In this document: positions 19,447 to 29,277 of the stretch, piece by piece
How the letters are laid out: each line of letters starts with the position of its first letter
Position numbering within the stretch: the first letter of the stretch is position 1
Origin: Candidatus Bathyarchaeota archaeon
GTDB lineage: Archaea > Thermoproteota > Bathyarchaeia > Bathyarchaeales > Bathycorpusculaceae
Assembly (NCBI GenBank): GCA_963717465.1
Contig: OY970340.1
Location: 2,496,001 to 2,560,000 of the forward strand
Reading direction: 5' to 3'
Length of the DNA stretch: 64,000 nt
Program-made: the position numbers and the translations under genes
Notes under the pieces: model-generated
What the model saw: the letters and a program-made list of their open reading frames with translations, nothing else
Databases searched by the model: none
Told to the model about the DNA's origin: nothing

Positions 19447-19737
19447 TTATCTTAGAAGCGTGTAAAATAGTACCAGAAATGATAGCCATGCAAAGAAGTA
19501 CATGCCAATTCCTGTTGTCATAATTTTTGATTGTTCCTCAATAGCTTTCCTAAATATGGGTTTAAGAACGTAGTAGGATACTAGATAAACAAGCAAAGCA
19601 ACTGAAACGCAGTTCACTAGAGTGTAATATGAAGTTGCAGCTGAAGCTCCGAGTTGCGTAGCTAAAAGTGCGCTTAGTGCTGCCGCAACAATTCCCAGCG
19701 CGACCCTTAACCAATATAACTGCACAATTGGGTTCAT
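19447..19737 (-). CDS. Small 3-TM membrane protein, EMC6-like
   Basis: YWLR..LG..A TM1, a basic loop, and a C-terminal GIGMYFFAW...FY.L pattern resembling EMC6/Rab5ip. Confidence 0.6.
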   Translation of the reverse strand: MNPIVQLYWLRVALGIVAAALSALLATQLGASAATSYYTLVNCVSVALLVYLVSYYVLKPIFRKAIEEQSKIMTTGIGMYFFAWLSFLVLFYTLLR

Positions 19738-19904
19738 CTAAGTTAATGCCTCTTTACAAACTTTTTTGGGTATCAATAAAACGTGCATAGATATAAATCG
19801 TTTATGTATCTTTCTTTTTGATTCGCCCTGAAAAAGGCTAAAAAACTAAAAAAAGATTGTTTTATTAGTAATGTCTTAATTGATTTCATGACGGATGTAG
19901 AAAG

Positions 19905-21959
19905 TTGCGGAAAAAAGAGTTCACAAGCTTTGACGTTGCAGCAGCAATTGGAGAATTAAAGCGAAACATTGTTGATTCCAGAGTGAACAACATTTACCAA
20001 TTTGACGAGAAAACGCTTGGTTTTAAACTCCATAAAATCGACAAGCCGCCGATCAGACTAATAATGGAAGCGGGTAGAAGAATACATTTAACACAGTATG
20101 CTGAAGATAGCCCGTTAACACCACCTGCTTTCTGCATGGCTTTGAGAAAATATCTTCGTGGAGCATGGATAATCGGAGTTGAACAGTATGAGTTTGAAAG
20201 AATCGTTATCGTGCATTTTAAAACTAAAACGGGCATGTTAAATCTTATTTTAGAGGTTTTCGGTGAAGGAAATTTCATTTTAGTAAATGATAAAAACGTG
20301 ATTATTCAGGCTTTATTCTTTAAACGCATGCGTGATCGAAATATATTGCGGAATGAGGTTTTAGCGTTTCCACCGCCGATCAGCAAAAGCCCATTTAAAG
20401 TAACGCTTGAAGAGGTAAAGAAGGCTGTAAAGGATGCCGGAGAAGTGGAAATTGTCAGGGCGGCAACGCGCTTTTTCGGGGTTGGCGGCGTTTATTCTGA
20501 AGAAATATTGCTTAGAGCCAACGTGGAAAAAACGAGACCCTGTAACACGTTGACAAGCGTTGAGGTTGAAGCGATTTTTGGTTCTCTTCAGGTCTTGCTT
20601 TCAGATGTTTCAAGCTTGCATTTAGACCCATGCATTATTTTGGATGAGACTAAGAATTTCTTGGATGTTTTGCCGTTTAAGCTAAAGCGATATGAAGGAT
20701 TTAGCAGCCAAGTTTATGAGACATTTAATCAGGCTTTGGATGAGTTTTACGTGCGGGTTACTGCGGCTGAAAAAGCGGCTGCCAGCGTTGAAGTCGATAA
20801 GTTGAAGGATGAAGCAAATAGACTTAAGAGAGTAATTGCGGATCAAGAAAAATCTATTGCCGAAGAAGAGCAAAAAACGCAACGGGACAAGACGATTGGT
20901 GACAAAATCTATGCTCATTTAAGTGAACTCCAAACGTTTTTTGATAAGCTTTTGAAGGCTAATTTGGCAGGAAAAGATTGGGAGACGCTAATTCAGGCGG
21001 TTTTGCAGGCAAAGAAAGCAGGTATTGTTCCTGCGGTTTATGTTGAGTCATTTGATGGACGTAATCTTGCGCTTAATCTTTGCATCGACGGCTTGCATTT
21101 TAGTGTTAACTTACGTAAATCACTCTACGATAATGCGGCAGAATATTATGATCGGGGAAAGAAAGCTAAACAAAAATCTGCTGGTGCAATTACGGCTTTG
21201 GAAGATTCTAAGAGCAAACTGGAGAAGATTAACCGTGAACTCCAGGAAGCAGAGGATTTACAGAGTTTGAAGCCAGCAGAAGTCTTAGAAGCTCTTGCCA
21301 AACGCAAAGTTGAGAGCAAAGAATGGTATCAAAAGTTCCGTTGGTTCACTTCTTCCGATAACTTCTTGGTTGTTGCAGGCAAAGACGTGGTTAGCAATGA
21401 AGTTTTAATAAAAAAGTATGCTACGCCAGAAGATGTTGTTTTTCACGCTGAGATTACGGGTGCTCCTTTCGTAGTGGTTAAATCAGAGGGTAAAACTATA
21501 ACAGAACAAGTTCTACATGAAGCCGGAGAGTTCGCCGCTGCTCTTTCAAGGGCTTGGCGTGAAAACGCAGGTTCAGTTGATGTTTACTGGGTAAAACCTG
21601 AACAATTAAGCAAAAGCGCTCCCTCCGGAGAATCTATTCCTCATGGTGCTTTCTTTGTCGTCGGCAAACGTAACTGGACCCGCAGTGTTCCGCTAAGGCT
21701 AGCTATCGGTGCTGTTGCAGGTGATGAAGGCATAGCGTTTATTGGTGGACCTTTGGGTACGGTTAAAGCAAAAACAAAAGTATATGTTGTTATTGTTCCA
21801 GGCGACTTGCAGGGAAAAGCAATCTTGACGCAAATTCTAAGAACATTAATGTTCAAGCTGTCCAAAGAACAACGTGAACTTGCAGGCAAAACTTCAATTG
21901 AACAAATCAGAGAGTTCGTGCCCTACACTAAAGCCACTATAACTGACAAACTGGTTTGA
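19905..21959 (+). CDS. rqcH: Ribosome quality control protein Rqc2/RqcH (NEMF family)
   Basis: FCMALRKYL, ERIV, EVFGEGN, WYQKFRWF, GKDVVSNE, FHAE..GAP, GAFFVVGKRN. Confidence 0.93.
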   Translation: MRKKEFTSFDVAAAIGELKRNIVDSRVNNIYQFDEKTLGFKLHKIDKPPIRLIMEAGRRIHLTQYAEDSPLTPPAFCMALRKYLRGAWIIGVEQYEFERIVIVHFKTKTGMLNLILEVFGEGNFILVNDKNVIIQALFFKRMRDRNILRNEVLAFPPPISKSPFKVTLEEVKKAVKDAGEVEIVRAATRFFGVGGVYSEEILLRANVEKTRPCNTLTSVEVEAIFGSLQVLLSDVSSLHLDPCIILDETKNFLDVLPFKLKRYEGFSSQVYETFNQALDEFYVRVTAAEKAAASVEVDKLKDEANRLKRVIADQEKSIAEEEQKTQRDKTIGDKIYAHLSELQTFFDKLLKANLAGKDWETLIQAVLQAKKAGIVPAVYVESFDGRNLALNLCIDGLHFSVNLRKSLYDNAAEYYDRGKKAKQKSAGAITALEDSKSKLEKINRELQEAEDLQSLKPAEVLEALAKRKVESKEWYQKFRWFTSSDNFLVVAGKDVVSNEVLIKKYATPEDVVFHAEITGAPFVVVKSEGKTITEQVLHEAGEFAAALSRAWRENAGSVDVYWVKPEQLSKSAPSGESIPHGAFFVVGKRNWTRSVPLRLAIGAVAGDEGIAFIGGPLGTVKAKTKVYVVIVPGDLQGKAILTQILRTLMFKLSKEQRELAGKTSIEQIREFVPYTKATITDKLV

Positions 21960-22058
21960 CAGCCCTTACATACTCGGAAAAAACGGCTTTAATTAACGGA
22001 TAAATAAACGACCTTTGGAAATAAACAGCTAGCCAAACTTCGCCGATGCAAAGGTTTG

Positions 22059-22607
22059 TCATAGGAAAAGTGCCATTCTGTACGCGTCACGGTATTTGCC
22101 GTTCCAAAACATTTCCTTACGCAAAGTTCCTTCTATTTGGAAGCCTGCTTTCTGATATACGTGAAGAGCTCGCAGGTTTGTAGTGTTAACTGTTAAAACG
22201 ATTTTTTTAAGCTCTCTATTTCTGGCGATTTGAATGAGGTGGTTTAGGAGGGCGGTCCCAATGCCCAAGTTTTGATATTCATCATGCACGGTAATGGCAA
22301 AGTCACCTTTGTGCTTGAATACCTCCTGAGGCTGGAACTTAAGCGATGCATTGCCAACAATTCTATCCTTGCCATCTTCTTCGATGACCGCTACAATAAA
22401 AACTCCGTAATTAGGATCCATGTTGCTTGTCCAGCTTTCGATTCTTTCCCGAGTGAATGGAGGAACCAAGTTGGACACTGTTGCTTCCGACAGAGTAGAA
22501 AACATTCCCCAAAGCAGTTCAGTATCAGTGGACTTTTTCGGTCGAAAACGAATAAGTTTGCGGTTTTTTGCCGTAAATATAGTTTCTGACTCAATTGAAC
22601 TTGCCAT
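22059..22607 (-). CDS. GNAT family N-acetyltransferase
   Basis: VHDEYQNLGIGT, N.RALHVYQKAGF. Confidence 0.9.
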   Translation of the reverse strand: MASSIESETIFTAKNRKLIRFRPKKSTDTELLWGMFSTLSEATVSNLVPPFTRERIESWTSNMDPNYGVFIVAVIEEDGKDRIVGNASLKFQPQEVFKHKGDFAITVHDEYQNLGIGTALLNHLIQIARNRELKKIVLTVNTTNLRALHVYQKAGFQIEGTLRKEMFWNGKYRDAYRMALFL

Positions 22608-22740
22608 ACTACTGCCTCAAACTCAGTCCAGCAGTTCTTAACATTAACCAAGTATTTATTTTGTCTCTCTGCGATTTGTTTATGTTTTACTTCTAAGAAG
22701 TATTGCTGTTGTTCTTTGCATTTCGCAGGAGAATATCGAA

Positions 22741-23808
22741 TTGAACGATAAAGATGAAAAAATAACGATGCTTCATGGCGCTGGTGGCTCAGTTATGCAT
22801 GAGCTTGTTAAAAATTATGTTGTAAAATACTTCGGCGGCTTAAGTAACATCGCTGAAGTGCCGTTGGAAGCTATGGATGATGCTGCAGTTGTTGGGGACA
22901 CTGTTTTTAAAAGTGATTCTCACGCAGTTAAGCCGATTTTCTTTCCTGGAGGCGACGTTGGACGTTTATCGATTTCCGGCACGGTTAATGACATTTCATG
23001 CTTGGGTGCGGAGCCTTACGCTTTGGCATGCGGCTTGATTTTAGAGGAAGGCTTGCCAATCAGTGACCTTGAAAAAATTCTCTCAAGTATGCGACAAACC
23101 TGCATTGAAGCAGGCGTAAGCATCGTTACAGGCGACACGAAAGTTGTGGAGAAGGGAAGTTTAGGCGGTTGCGTAATGAATGTTTCCGGACTCGGCAAAC
23201 GAACAGCAGCGTTGGAATTTGACCTTTGCGTTGCAAGAAAATATCGCCCGGTCACAGCGAGGTGGACTTTGGATTCTAACCTTGCAGTTGGCGATAAAAT
23301 AATCTTATCTGGCACAATTGGTGACCACGGGCTTGCAGTGCTTTCAGCGCAGCAGGGTTTGACTTTTGGAAGCGGTATAAAATCAGACGTGGCACCGCTT
23401 AACCGCATGATTCAGTCTTTGCTTGGTGAGGTTGGTGGAGTGGTTACAATGAAAGACCCGACACGGGGTGGTTTAGCTGATGCTCTTCATGAATTGTCGG
23501 AAAAATCGAAACTTGGCTTACTGATTCATGAAAACAAAGTTCCTATTCGTGAAGATGTGCAAACTGCCTGTGAAATGTTAGGGTTAGATCCGCTTGAAGT
23601 AGGAAATGAAGGAAAAATGATTGTTGGCATCGTCTCCGAAAAGGCTGAAGATGCACTGACTATGCTTAGGAGTAAAAAAGAAGGCAAAGACGCACAGATA
23701 ATCGGTGAAGTAACAAGGGAATTCAAAGGTGTTGCTATGCAAACCTTGGTGGGCGGCAAAAGAATTATTGCAAGGCCTGTTGGTGATCCTGTTCCGCGGA
23801 TCTGCTAG
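22741..23808 (+). CDS. hypE: Hydrogenase maturation protein HypE
   Basis: HGAGG, GTVND, GDTKVV, DPTRGG, NEGK and C-terminal PRIC. Confidence 0.96.
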   Translation: MNDKDEKITMLHGAGGSVMHELVKNYVVKYFGGLSNIAEVPLEAMDDAAVVGDTVFKSDSHAVKPIFFPGGDVGRLSISGTVNDISCLGAEPYALACGLILEEGLPISDLEKILSSMRQTCIEAGVSIVTGDTKVVEKGSLGGCVMNVSGLGKRTAALEFDLCVARKYRPVTARWTLDSNLAVGDKIILSGTIGDHGLAVLSAQQGLTFGSGIKSDVAPLNRMIQSLLGEVGGVVTMKDPTRGGLADALHELSEKSKLGLLIHENKVPIREDVQTACEMLGLDPLEVGNEGKMIVGIVSEKAEDALTMLRSKKEGKDAQIIGEVTREFKGVAMQTLVGGKRIIARPVGDPVPRIC

Positions 23809-23855
23809 GAACTCGTGCTGTTGATACTGTGTTAGCTGTTATTAGTCAGGTATTA

Positions 23856-24305
23856 TTATGCTACGGATGTGCCTGTTAGTATTATGTTAACGCTGAAGCT
23901 TGTAATTCCTGTAATGTTGGAATAAACAGTTAGCGTCAGCACTGCAGCTGTTGTATTGCCAACATTTAATGTTGAGCCTTCTTTGTTCCAAGTTATTGTC
24001 ATGTAAGAATTAGAGGTAGAGGGATTCCAACTGCTTGTTGTCATGCTCAAGGTTATCTGAGTGTTGCTTGTGTTTTCTATGTAAATGGTTGTTGTTGCAT
24101 TATTTCCAGGTGTCGTTTGACCCCAATTTATTGACGTTAAGTTTTGCGTGCATGCACTGTCAGAAAAAACTGAAAGATTTACAGTGGTAATTGTTCCACT
24201 TGATGAGATGGTGCGACTTGTAGAAAGCAGTCCTGCTACTGTAATTGTCAACCCAAGGATAGCGACTATAATTGCTAGCGCAATTTTCTTATTCTTGGCA
24301 GACAT
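23856..24305 (-). CDS. Secreted or membrane-anchored Thr/Ser/Asn-rich beta protein
   Basis: Basic N-terminus plus hydrophobic helix; many N-x-S/T sequons. Confidence 0.75.
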   Translation of the reverse strand: MSAKNKKIALAIIVAILGLTITVAGLLSTSRTISSSGTITTVNLSVFSDSACTQNLTSINWGQTTPGNNATTTIYIENTSNTQITLSMTTSSWNPSTSNSYMTITWNKEGSTLNVGNTTAAVLTLTVYSNITGITSFSVNIILTGTSVA

Positions 24306-24427
24306 ATGGTCATATATTGTGTGTCTGTGAACTTTATATCGTTTATGTAAAAAACCGAATAACTATGCAAAAGCCCAAAAAACTAAAAATGCTCAAACAA
24401 CGATGCAGTTTTGCACTATTTTTTCAA

Positions 24428-25510
24428 TTAATCGGAAACTGCTTTTGACCAAACTCGGCAAGTGCCTTCACTGCTGACCATGCAAGCACCGATTGGTTTA
24501 GCAGGCGTACATGCCTTCATGAACATTGGGCACTCAGTAGGCTTAATCTTTCCAATAATTACCAAGTGGCATTCGCATCCAAGCAAAATGTCTTTACCCT
24601 GTTCCACCCGGACACCGAATTTTTCCCGTGCATCCAAAGCTTTTAGCTCTTCACGCAGTACAAGTGCGGAATCGGGCAATCGGCCAATTCCACGCCAATT
24701 GCCACTTGTAACTCTGAATGCTTTGTTCATCACGTCCAAAGCTTTCGTGTTTCCTTCCCATTTGACGACACGGGGATACTCGTTCTCTAATTTTGCCGTT
24801 TTCTCGTTGACTTGTTTAACAATCATGTAAATTGCCATTAACACGTCATTAGGTTCAAAACCAGCCACCACAGTAGGCATACGATAAACCCGTGGAAACA
24901 ATTCATAAGGCTTCAACCCAATAACCATACTCACGTGACCAGGCGCAATAAACCCATCAATCTGAAGGTCGCCGACACCGAGCAAAAGCTCCATAGCAGG
25001 AGGAATCAGCCGATGCGAAACCAGAAAACAAAAGTTTTTAGGCGGATTCGCAAGTGCTTCAACCGCTGTGGATGGAGCAGTCGTTTCAAAGCCAACCGCG
25101 AAGAACGCGAACTGCTTCTGGGGTTCTTTTCTTGCCATTTCAACCGCGTCAGAAACGGCGTAAACGATTCGTACGTCTGCACCGTTTGCTTTTGCCTGCA
25201 AGAGGGAAGATTCGCTTCCAGGCACTCTTAGAACGTCTCCAAAACAGGTTACTACAACGCCTTTCTGCGCTAATTGTATTGCTTCGTCAACTTCGGATGC
25301 GGGCACGATGCAGACTGGGCAGCCTGGACCTGCAATTACTTCAACATTTTCAGGTAGAAGACTGCGCAGTCCATAGTGAGTAACAGTCCACTCATGTGTT
25401 CCACAAACATGACAAATCTTGATTTTGCCTTTCGTAGGCGCCAAACTTTTGATTTTCGATGCAATATTGTGTGCTATTTCTGGGTCTCGGAACTTGAGTT
25501 TTTCAGTCAC
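24428..25510 (-). CDS. hypD: Hydrogenase maturation protein HypD
   Basis: HVCGTH, GPGCPVC, GFETTAP, PGHVS, CMVSSEGTC. Confidence 0.96.
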   Translation of the reverse strand: MTEKLKFRDPEIAHNIASKIKSLAPTKGKIKICHVCGTHEWTVTHYGLRSLLPENVEVIAGPGCPVCIVPASEVDEAIQLAQKGVVVTCFGDVLRVPGSESSLLQAKANGADVRIVYAVSDAVEMARKEPQKQFAFFAVGFETTAPSTAVEALANPPKNFCFLVSHRLIPPAMELLLGVGDLQIDGFIAPGHVSMVIGLKPYELFPRVYRMPTVVAGFEPNDVLMAIYMIVKQVNEKTAKLENEYPRVVKWEGNTKALDVMNKAFRVTSGNWRGIGRLPDSALVLREELKALDAREKFGVRVEQGKDILLGCECHLVIIGKIKPTECPMFMKACTPAKPIGACMVSSEGTCRVWSKAVSD

Positions 25511-25763
25511 TGTTCTTACCCAGCTTTGGTTTTGCAGGCAAGGTTTTTTCTATTTCAAGAAGAGAATTCCACATACTGATTGTTTCTAACGCTTCTTTTT
25601 CTTCCACAGTTTGAAGCGCGTAACCAGCATGAACTATCACGTAGTCGCCTACTTTAACGTCGACAAGTGCAATGTTTACTTCTCTAAGGACGCCTTGGCC
25701 AAAATCCACGTTGGCTTTAGTGCCTTCAATGCTTAATACGCGGGCTGGAATTGCCAAACACAT
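25503..25763 (-). CDS. hypC: Hydrogenase chaperone HypC
   Basis: MCLAIP...GDYVIVHAGYA. Confidence 0.96.
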   Translation of the reverse strand: MCLAIPARVLSIEGTKANVDFGQGVLREVNIALVDVKVGDYVIVHAGYALQTVEEKEALETISMWNSLLEIEKTLPAKPKLGKNSD

Positions 25764-25816
25764 GTTTATCTAACATAACCACTCTTATTCAGCGATAAAA
25801 ACAAAGTGGTTTAAGA

Positions 25817-28103
25817 TTATGAAAATCCACCTACAACTGCCTGCCCAAACGAAACTCCGCCATCACCAGCAGGCACAGCTTCATGAACCACAAACTTTAG
25901 GCCCGATTTTTTAACTGTTTCTCGCATGATTTCAGACAGGATCTGGTTGGCTGCTGTACCACCGGAAAACCCAACCGTTGAAACATGTTGCTCAACGGCA
26001 TTATCAACAGCTAATGAAGCTAAACCTTTGGCTAAGTAAGCATGAGCGCTATAAGCTAAGTCTCGCGTTGAAATCTTGTCTTTGTTTTCAAATATTTCGG
26101 CAATTAAGGGTGTTGTGTCCAAAATGTTTTGGTGCAGTTTAGGTTGAACGTGCAAGAGGTTTTTTCCACCTATTGCTGCCGACTCAAGTTTCATAGCTGG
26201 TTCTCCTTCAAAAGTGCGCATGTAGCATAAGCCTAAGACTGCGGCAACCGCATCTAAAACTCGGCCACAACTCGTTGTTTCAATCTGCCCTGAACTTTTT
26301 GTCAACTGTTTTTGTATGAGCTGTGCCTCTTCTTTTCCGAATTGTAAATGATGACTGTTTTGCATGAGCCAGGATTCAATGTTATATCCGGCTTTACTTA
26401 GTATTCCAGCCGCTATGCGAAGAGGGTAACGGCTTGCTATGTCACCGCCGAGAAGCAGTTGAGGCTCTAAATGTCCAATCCGCTTAAATTTTGCTGATTG
26501 GCTCGTGCTGAGAAGGACTTCGCCTCCCCACGCTTTGCCATCGAGACCATACCCGTAACCATCGCAGACTATGCTTACAAGTTCATCTAACGAATGCTCT
26601 GCCATTAGGGCTGCGGCGTGAGCGTGATGATGCTGTACTTGAATCAGACTTAAGTCGTTTGCTTCTGACAGTTCCTGGGCTAAAGCTGTTGTAGTGAATT
26701 TTGGATGCAAATCGCATGCGTAAACTTGCGGGTGGCAATTGGTTAAACGTGCGAGGTGACCAGCTGCTTCTTGAAGAAAAACTCGTGTTTCCACGTTTTC
26801 TACGTCGCCGATGTGTTGGCTTATGAATGCTTTGTCATCGAGGAGGAGGCAAATGGTGTTGTTGAGTTCTGCCGCCTAAGCCTATGACGCAACGTTTTGA
26901 TGTTGTTTTTCAGTTTTATTGGTGCTGGCGCGTATCCTCGGCTTCGCCTAATGAAAGCTTGGCGTTTTCCGTGAACTCGAATGACGGAGTCGTCGCACCT
27001 GTATGCTATTTTGCGGTTATGAAACAAAAAGTAATCCACGGTTGTTCCAAGTGTTTTTAGGGCTTCCTCATTGTCCTTTACGATTGGCTGGTTAGGCGGG
27101 TTCGCGCTTGTGAGTACAAACGCTGGGTCATCTACAGCGTCAAAAAGCATGTAATGCAATCCAGTGTAGGGCAACATGACGCCGACGTTATGAAGATTCG
27201 GTGACACTAGCTCTGAAAGGTTGTAGCGGGAATTCTTGTTAAGCAGCACTATTGGGTGTGCTGGAGAAGTTAGCAGTTCCTGTTCCTTCGAGTTTACTTC
27301 GGCGAAGCGTTTGGCGGCAGGTAAGCTTTTCGCCATTAGGGCAAAGGGTTTTTCGTTTCTATGCTTCGTTTTCCGAAGTGCCATTAAAGGTTCATCTTTG
27401 ATGGCAGAGGAGCCAATGTGGAAGCCCCCGTAACCTTTTACGGCAAGGATATTGCCTTCTGAAAGCAGTTTTCCCGCTTCACGCACAGGATCTGCTGAAT
27501 CAATGTGCTCGCCTGTTTTTGTTGTTAAGTAAGACTTTTGGACCGCAAGCGGGGCAAGCTATGGTTTGCGCGTGAAACCGCCTGTTGCTTGGGTCAGTGT
27601 ATTCTTTTTTGCAGTAGCCGCACATGGGAAATTCATGCATGGTTGTGTTTTCGCGGTCGTACGGTAAACTGTTCAATGATTGTAAATCGTGGACCGCAAT
27701 TAGTGCATGTAATGAAAAAGTAATTGTAACGTGGGTCTTTTGGGTCTCGCAGCTCTCTTAGGCAATCGTTGCAGATTGCGATGTCTGGAGGTATGATTGA
27801 GCCTGAAAGCTCCGCCTCGTTTGAACTGTGGTGAATCGTGAATGTTTCATGCTGGTTTTCTCCAGAAAGCTCAACACTGTTGACCTTGTCTATTTGAGCT
27901 AAAGGCGGCTTCTTGTCCGTTAAGTCGTGCATAAAATTCTTCGCGTTCTGCGGTTTGCCTTCGATTAGGATTTCAACGCCTGCATCGCCTTTGTTAAGGA
28001 CATAACCCGTTAAATCATAGGCTTTAGCTAAGCGATAAACAAAAGGGCGAAAACCAACGCCTTGAACAATCCCATTAACGCTAATTTTAACCCGCAAAGA
28101 CAA
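25817..28103 (-). pseudogene. hypF: Carbamoyltransferase HypF, frameshifted (pseudogene or sequencing errors)
   Basis: [47 protein letters not shown] and GDGGVSFGQ lie in different frames. About four +1 shifts, near 27665, 27535, 26905 and 26870. Confidence 0.9.
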
Positions 28104-28272
28104 ACATCACCAAAAAAAGAACAGCAATTTTCTCTTATACATTTCTACAAAAAAGGCATAGTTTATCTTGAAACATTATCGATATGGATACCGAATTTGG
28201 TCAAACACTTGGGATATTTATGTTTCTTTCTGACCTAGAATAGACCATAGATAACAGCTCAACGTATCTGTT

Positions 28273-28410
28273 TTACTGTGTTGGCTTAAGGCTAGTAAGA
28301 ATCCTTCGACGTTGGCACATAAACTGACCAGCAGCAAAACCCGGTGGACGAGAACACCTTCCGCATTGCTTGCAATATTGAGCTGTTTGAGTGTTCTCGG
28401 AGCTACTCAT
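28273..28410 (-). CDS. Putative 45 aa Cys-rich microprotein
   Basis: Manual translation MSSSENTQTAQYCKQCGRCSRPPGFAAGQFMCQRRRILTSLKPTQ*. Below the ORF-track cutoff. Confidence 0.35.
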   Translation of the reverse strand: MSSSENTQTAQYCKQCGRCSRPPGFAAGQFMCQRRRILTSLKPTQ

Positions 28411-28544
28411 TCAAGTTAAACCTAAGATAGGGGCAATTATTTCTTGAAATAAAAACGTTTCCAAAACTAAAGATTTGGGCGCTTAAACCTTGCGATTGTA
28501 TTTTGGGGTAGTGAAGCCCGAATTAACTAGGTTAAAGGAAGGTT

Positions 28545-28757
28545 TTATTGGTTTTGTCTGACAATCTGCGTAAGTCCGTAGCCTACGAGCAGAAAGCTAA
28601 AGAAAACTCCCAATGAAAGCCACATTCTAACGATGCCAACCCCGCCTTGAAATCCTTGTAAAACGCCAAATAGGTACATCACAACCCAAATTAGCACAAC
28701 GCCACCAAAAGCGAAACTTAGCAAACCAATCCATTTGTCCATGTTCTCACGAGACAA
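28545..28757 (-). CDS. Small 2-TM membrane protein
   Basis: Two hydrophobic helices, 70 aa. Confidence 0.65.
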   Translation of the reverse strand: MSRENMDKWIGLLSFAFGGVVLIWVVMYLFGVLQGFQGGVGIVRMWLSLGVFFSFLLVGYGLTQIVRQNQ

Positions 28758-28850
28758 GCATTTGTTTACACCATGCTTAAAAAATTTAATGCCACTAGCA
28801 AAGAAAAAGGATTTAGCATGACTTTTGATGGGGGGTAGCAGAGGCTCGAA

Positions 28851-29015
28851 TGGTGCCGTTCGTCCAAACAGACGCTAATTCTGCTTGTGGGACGGGATTC
28901 GAGCCCGCGACCTCTGGCTTTAGGCGTTTAGCCCCTTTAGTCTCCAGATTTCTCATCTGGGTTTGTCCTACCAGATTATGAGTCTGGCGCCCTGGCCAGG
29001 CTAGGCTACCCCGGC
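28851..29015 (-). tRNA. Elongator tRNA-Met(CAT) with three introns (28950-28976, 28912-28941, 28859-28888)
   Basis: Removing the three BHB-flanked inserts gives GCCGGGG TA GCCT AGCCTGGCCA GGGC G CCAGA CTCATAA TCTGG AGGTC GCGGG CTCGAAT CCCGT CCCCGGC A CCA, a complete cloverleaf. Confidence 0.9.
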
Positions 29016-29277
29016 AATGTTGGTTTGACCCCGATTTTGCCTTGAGACGTCTTTTTAGTTTGTAGCCTTTGATTTAAACTTTTAAACTGTTTTCAGCAAG
29101 TTGCTTGATTGATCCCTTTTTTAAAAAAGTGTGTCACAACTGTCTTTAGTATAATATGTCAGCAGTTATCTTATGATTAGTCGACCCATTTTGATTCTTT
29201 TGGCAAATCCATAATTTCTTATTTTGTCGCCCATTAATTATTCTTTAACTATCATTCTGCAGCTTAGAACAGCGAAA

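Noticed and set aside
25817..28103. Programmed frameshifting in hypF
   Set aside because: There are too many independent shifts, no consistent slippery site, and similar indels occur in unrelated genes.
28851..29015. Split (trans-spliced) tRNA halves or a tRNA pseudogene
   Set aside because: All four exons are collinear, and cis-splicing at BHB-type motifs restores a full tRNA.
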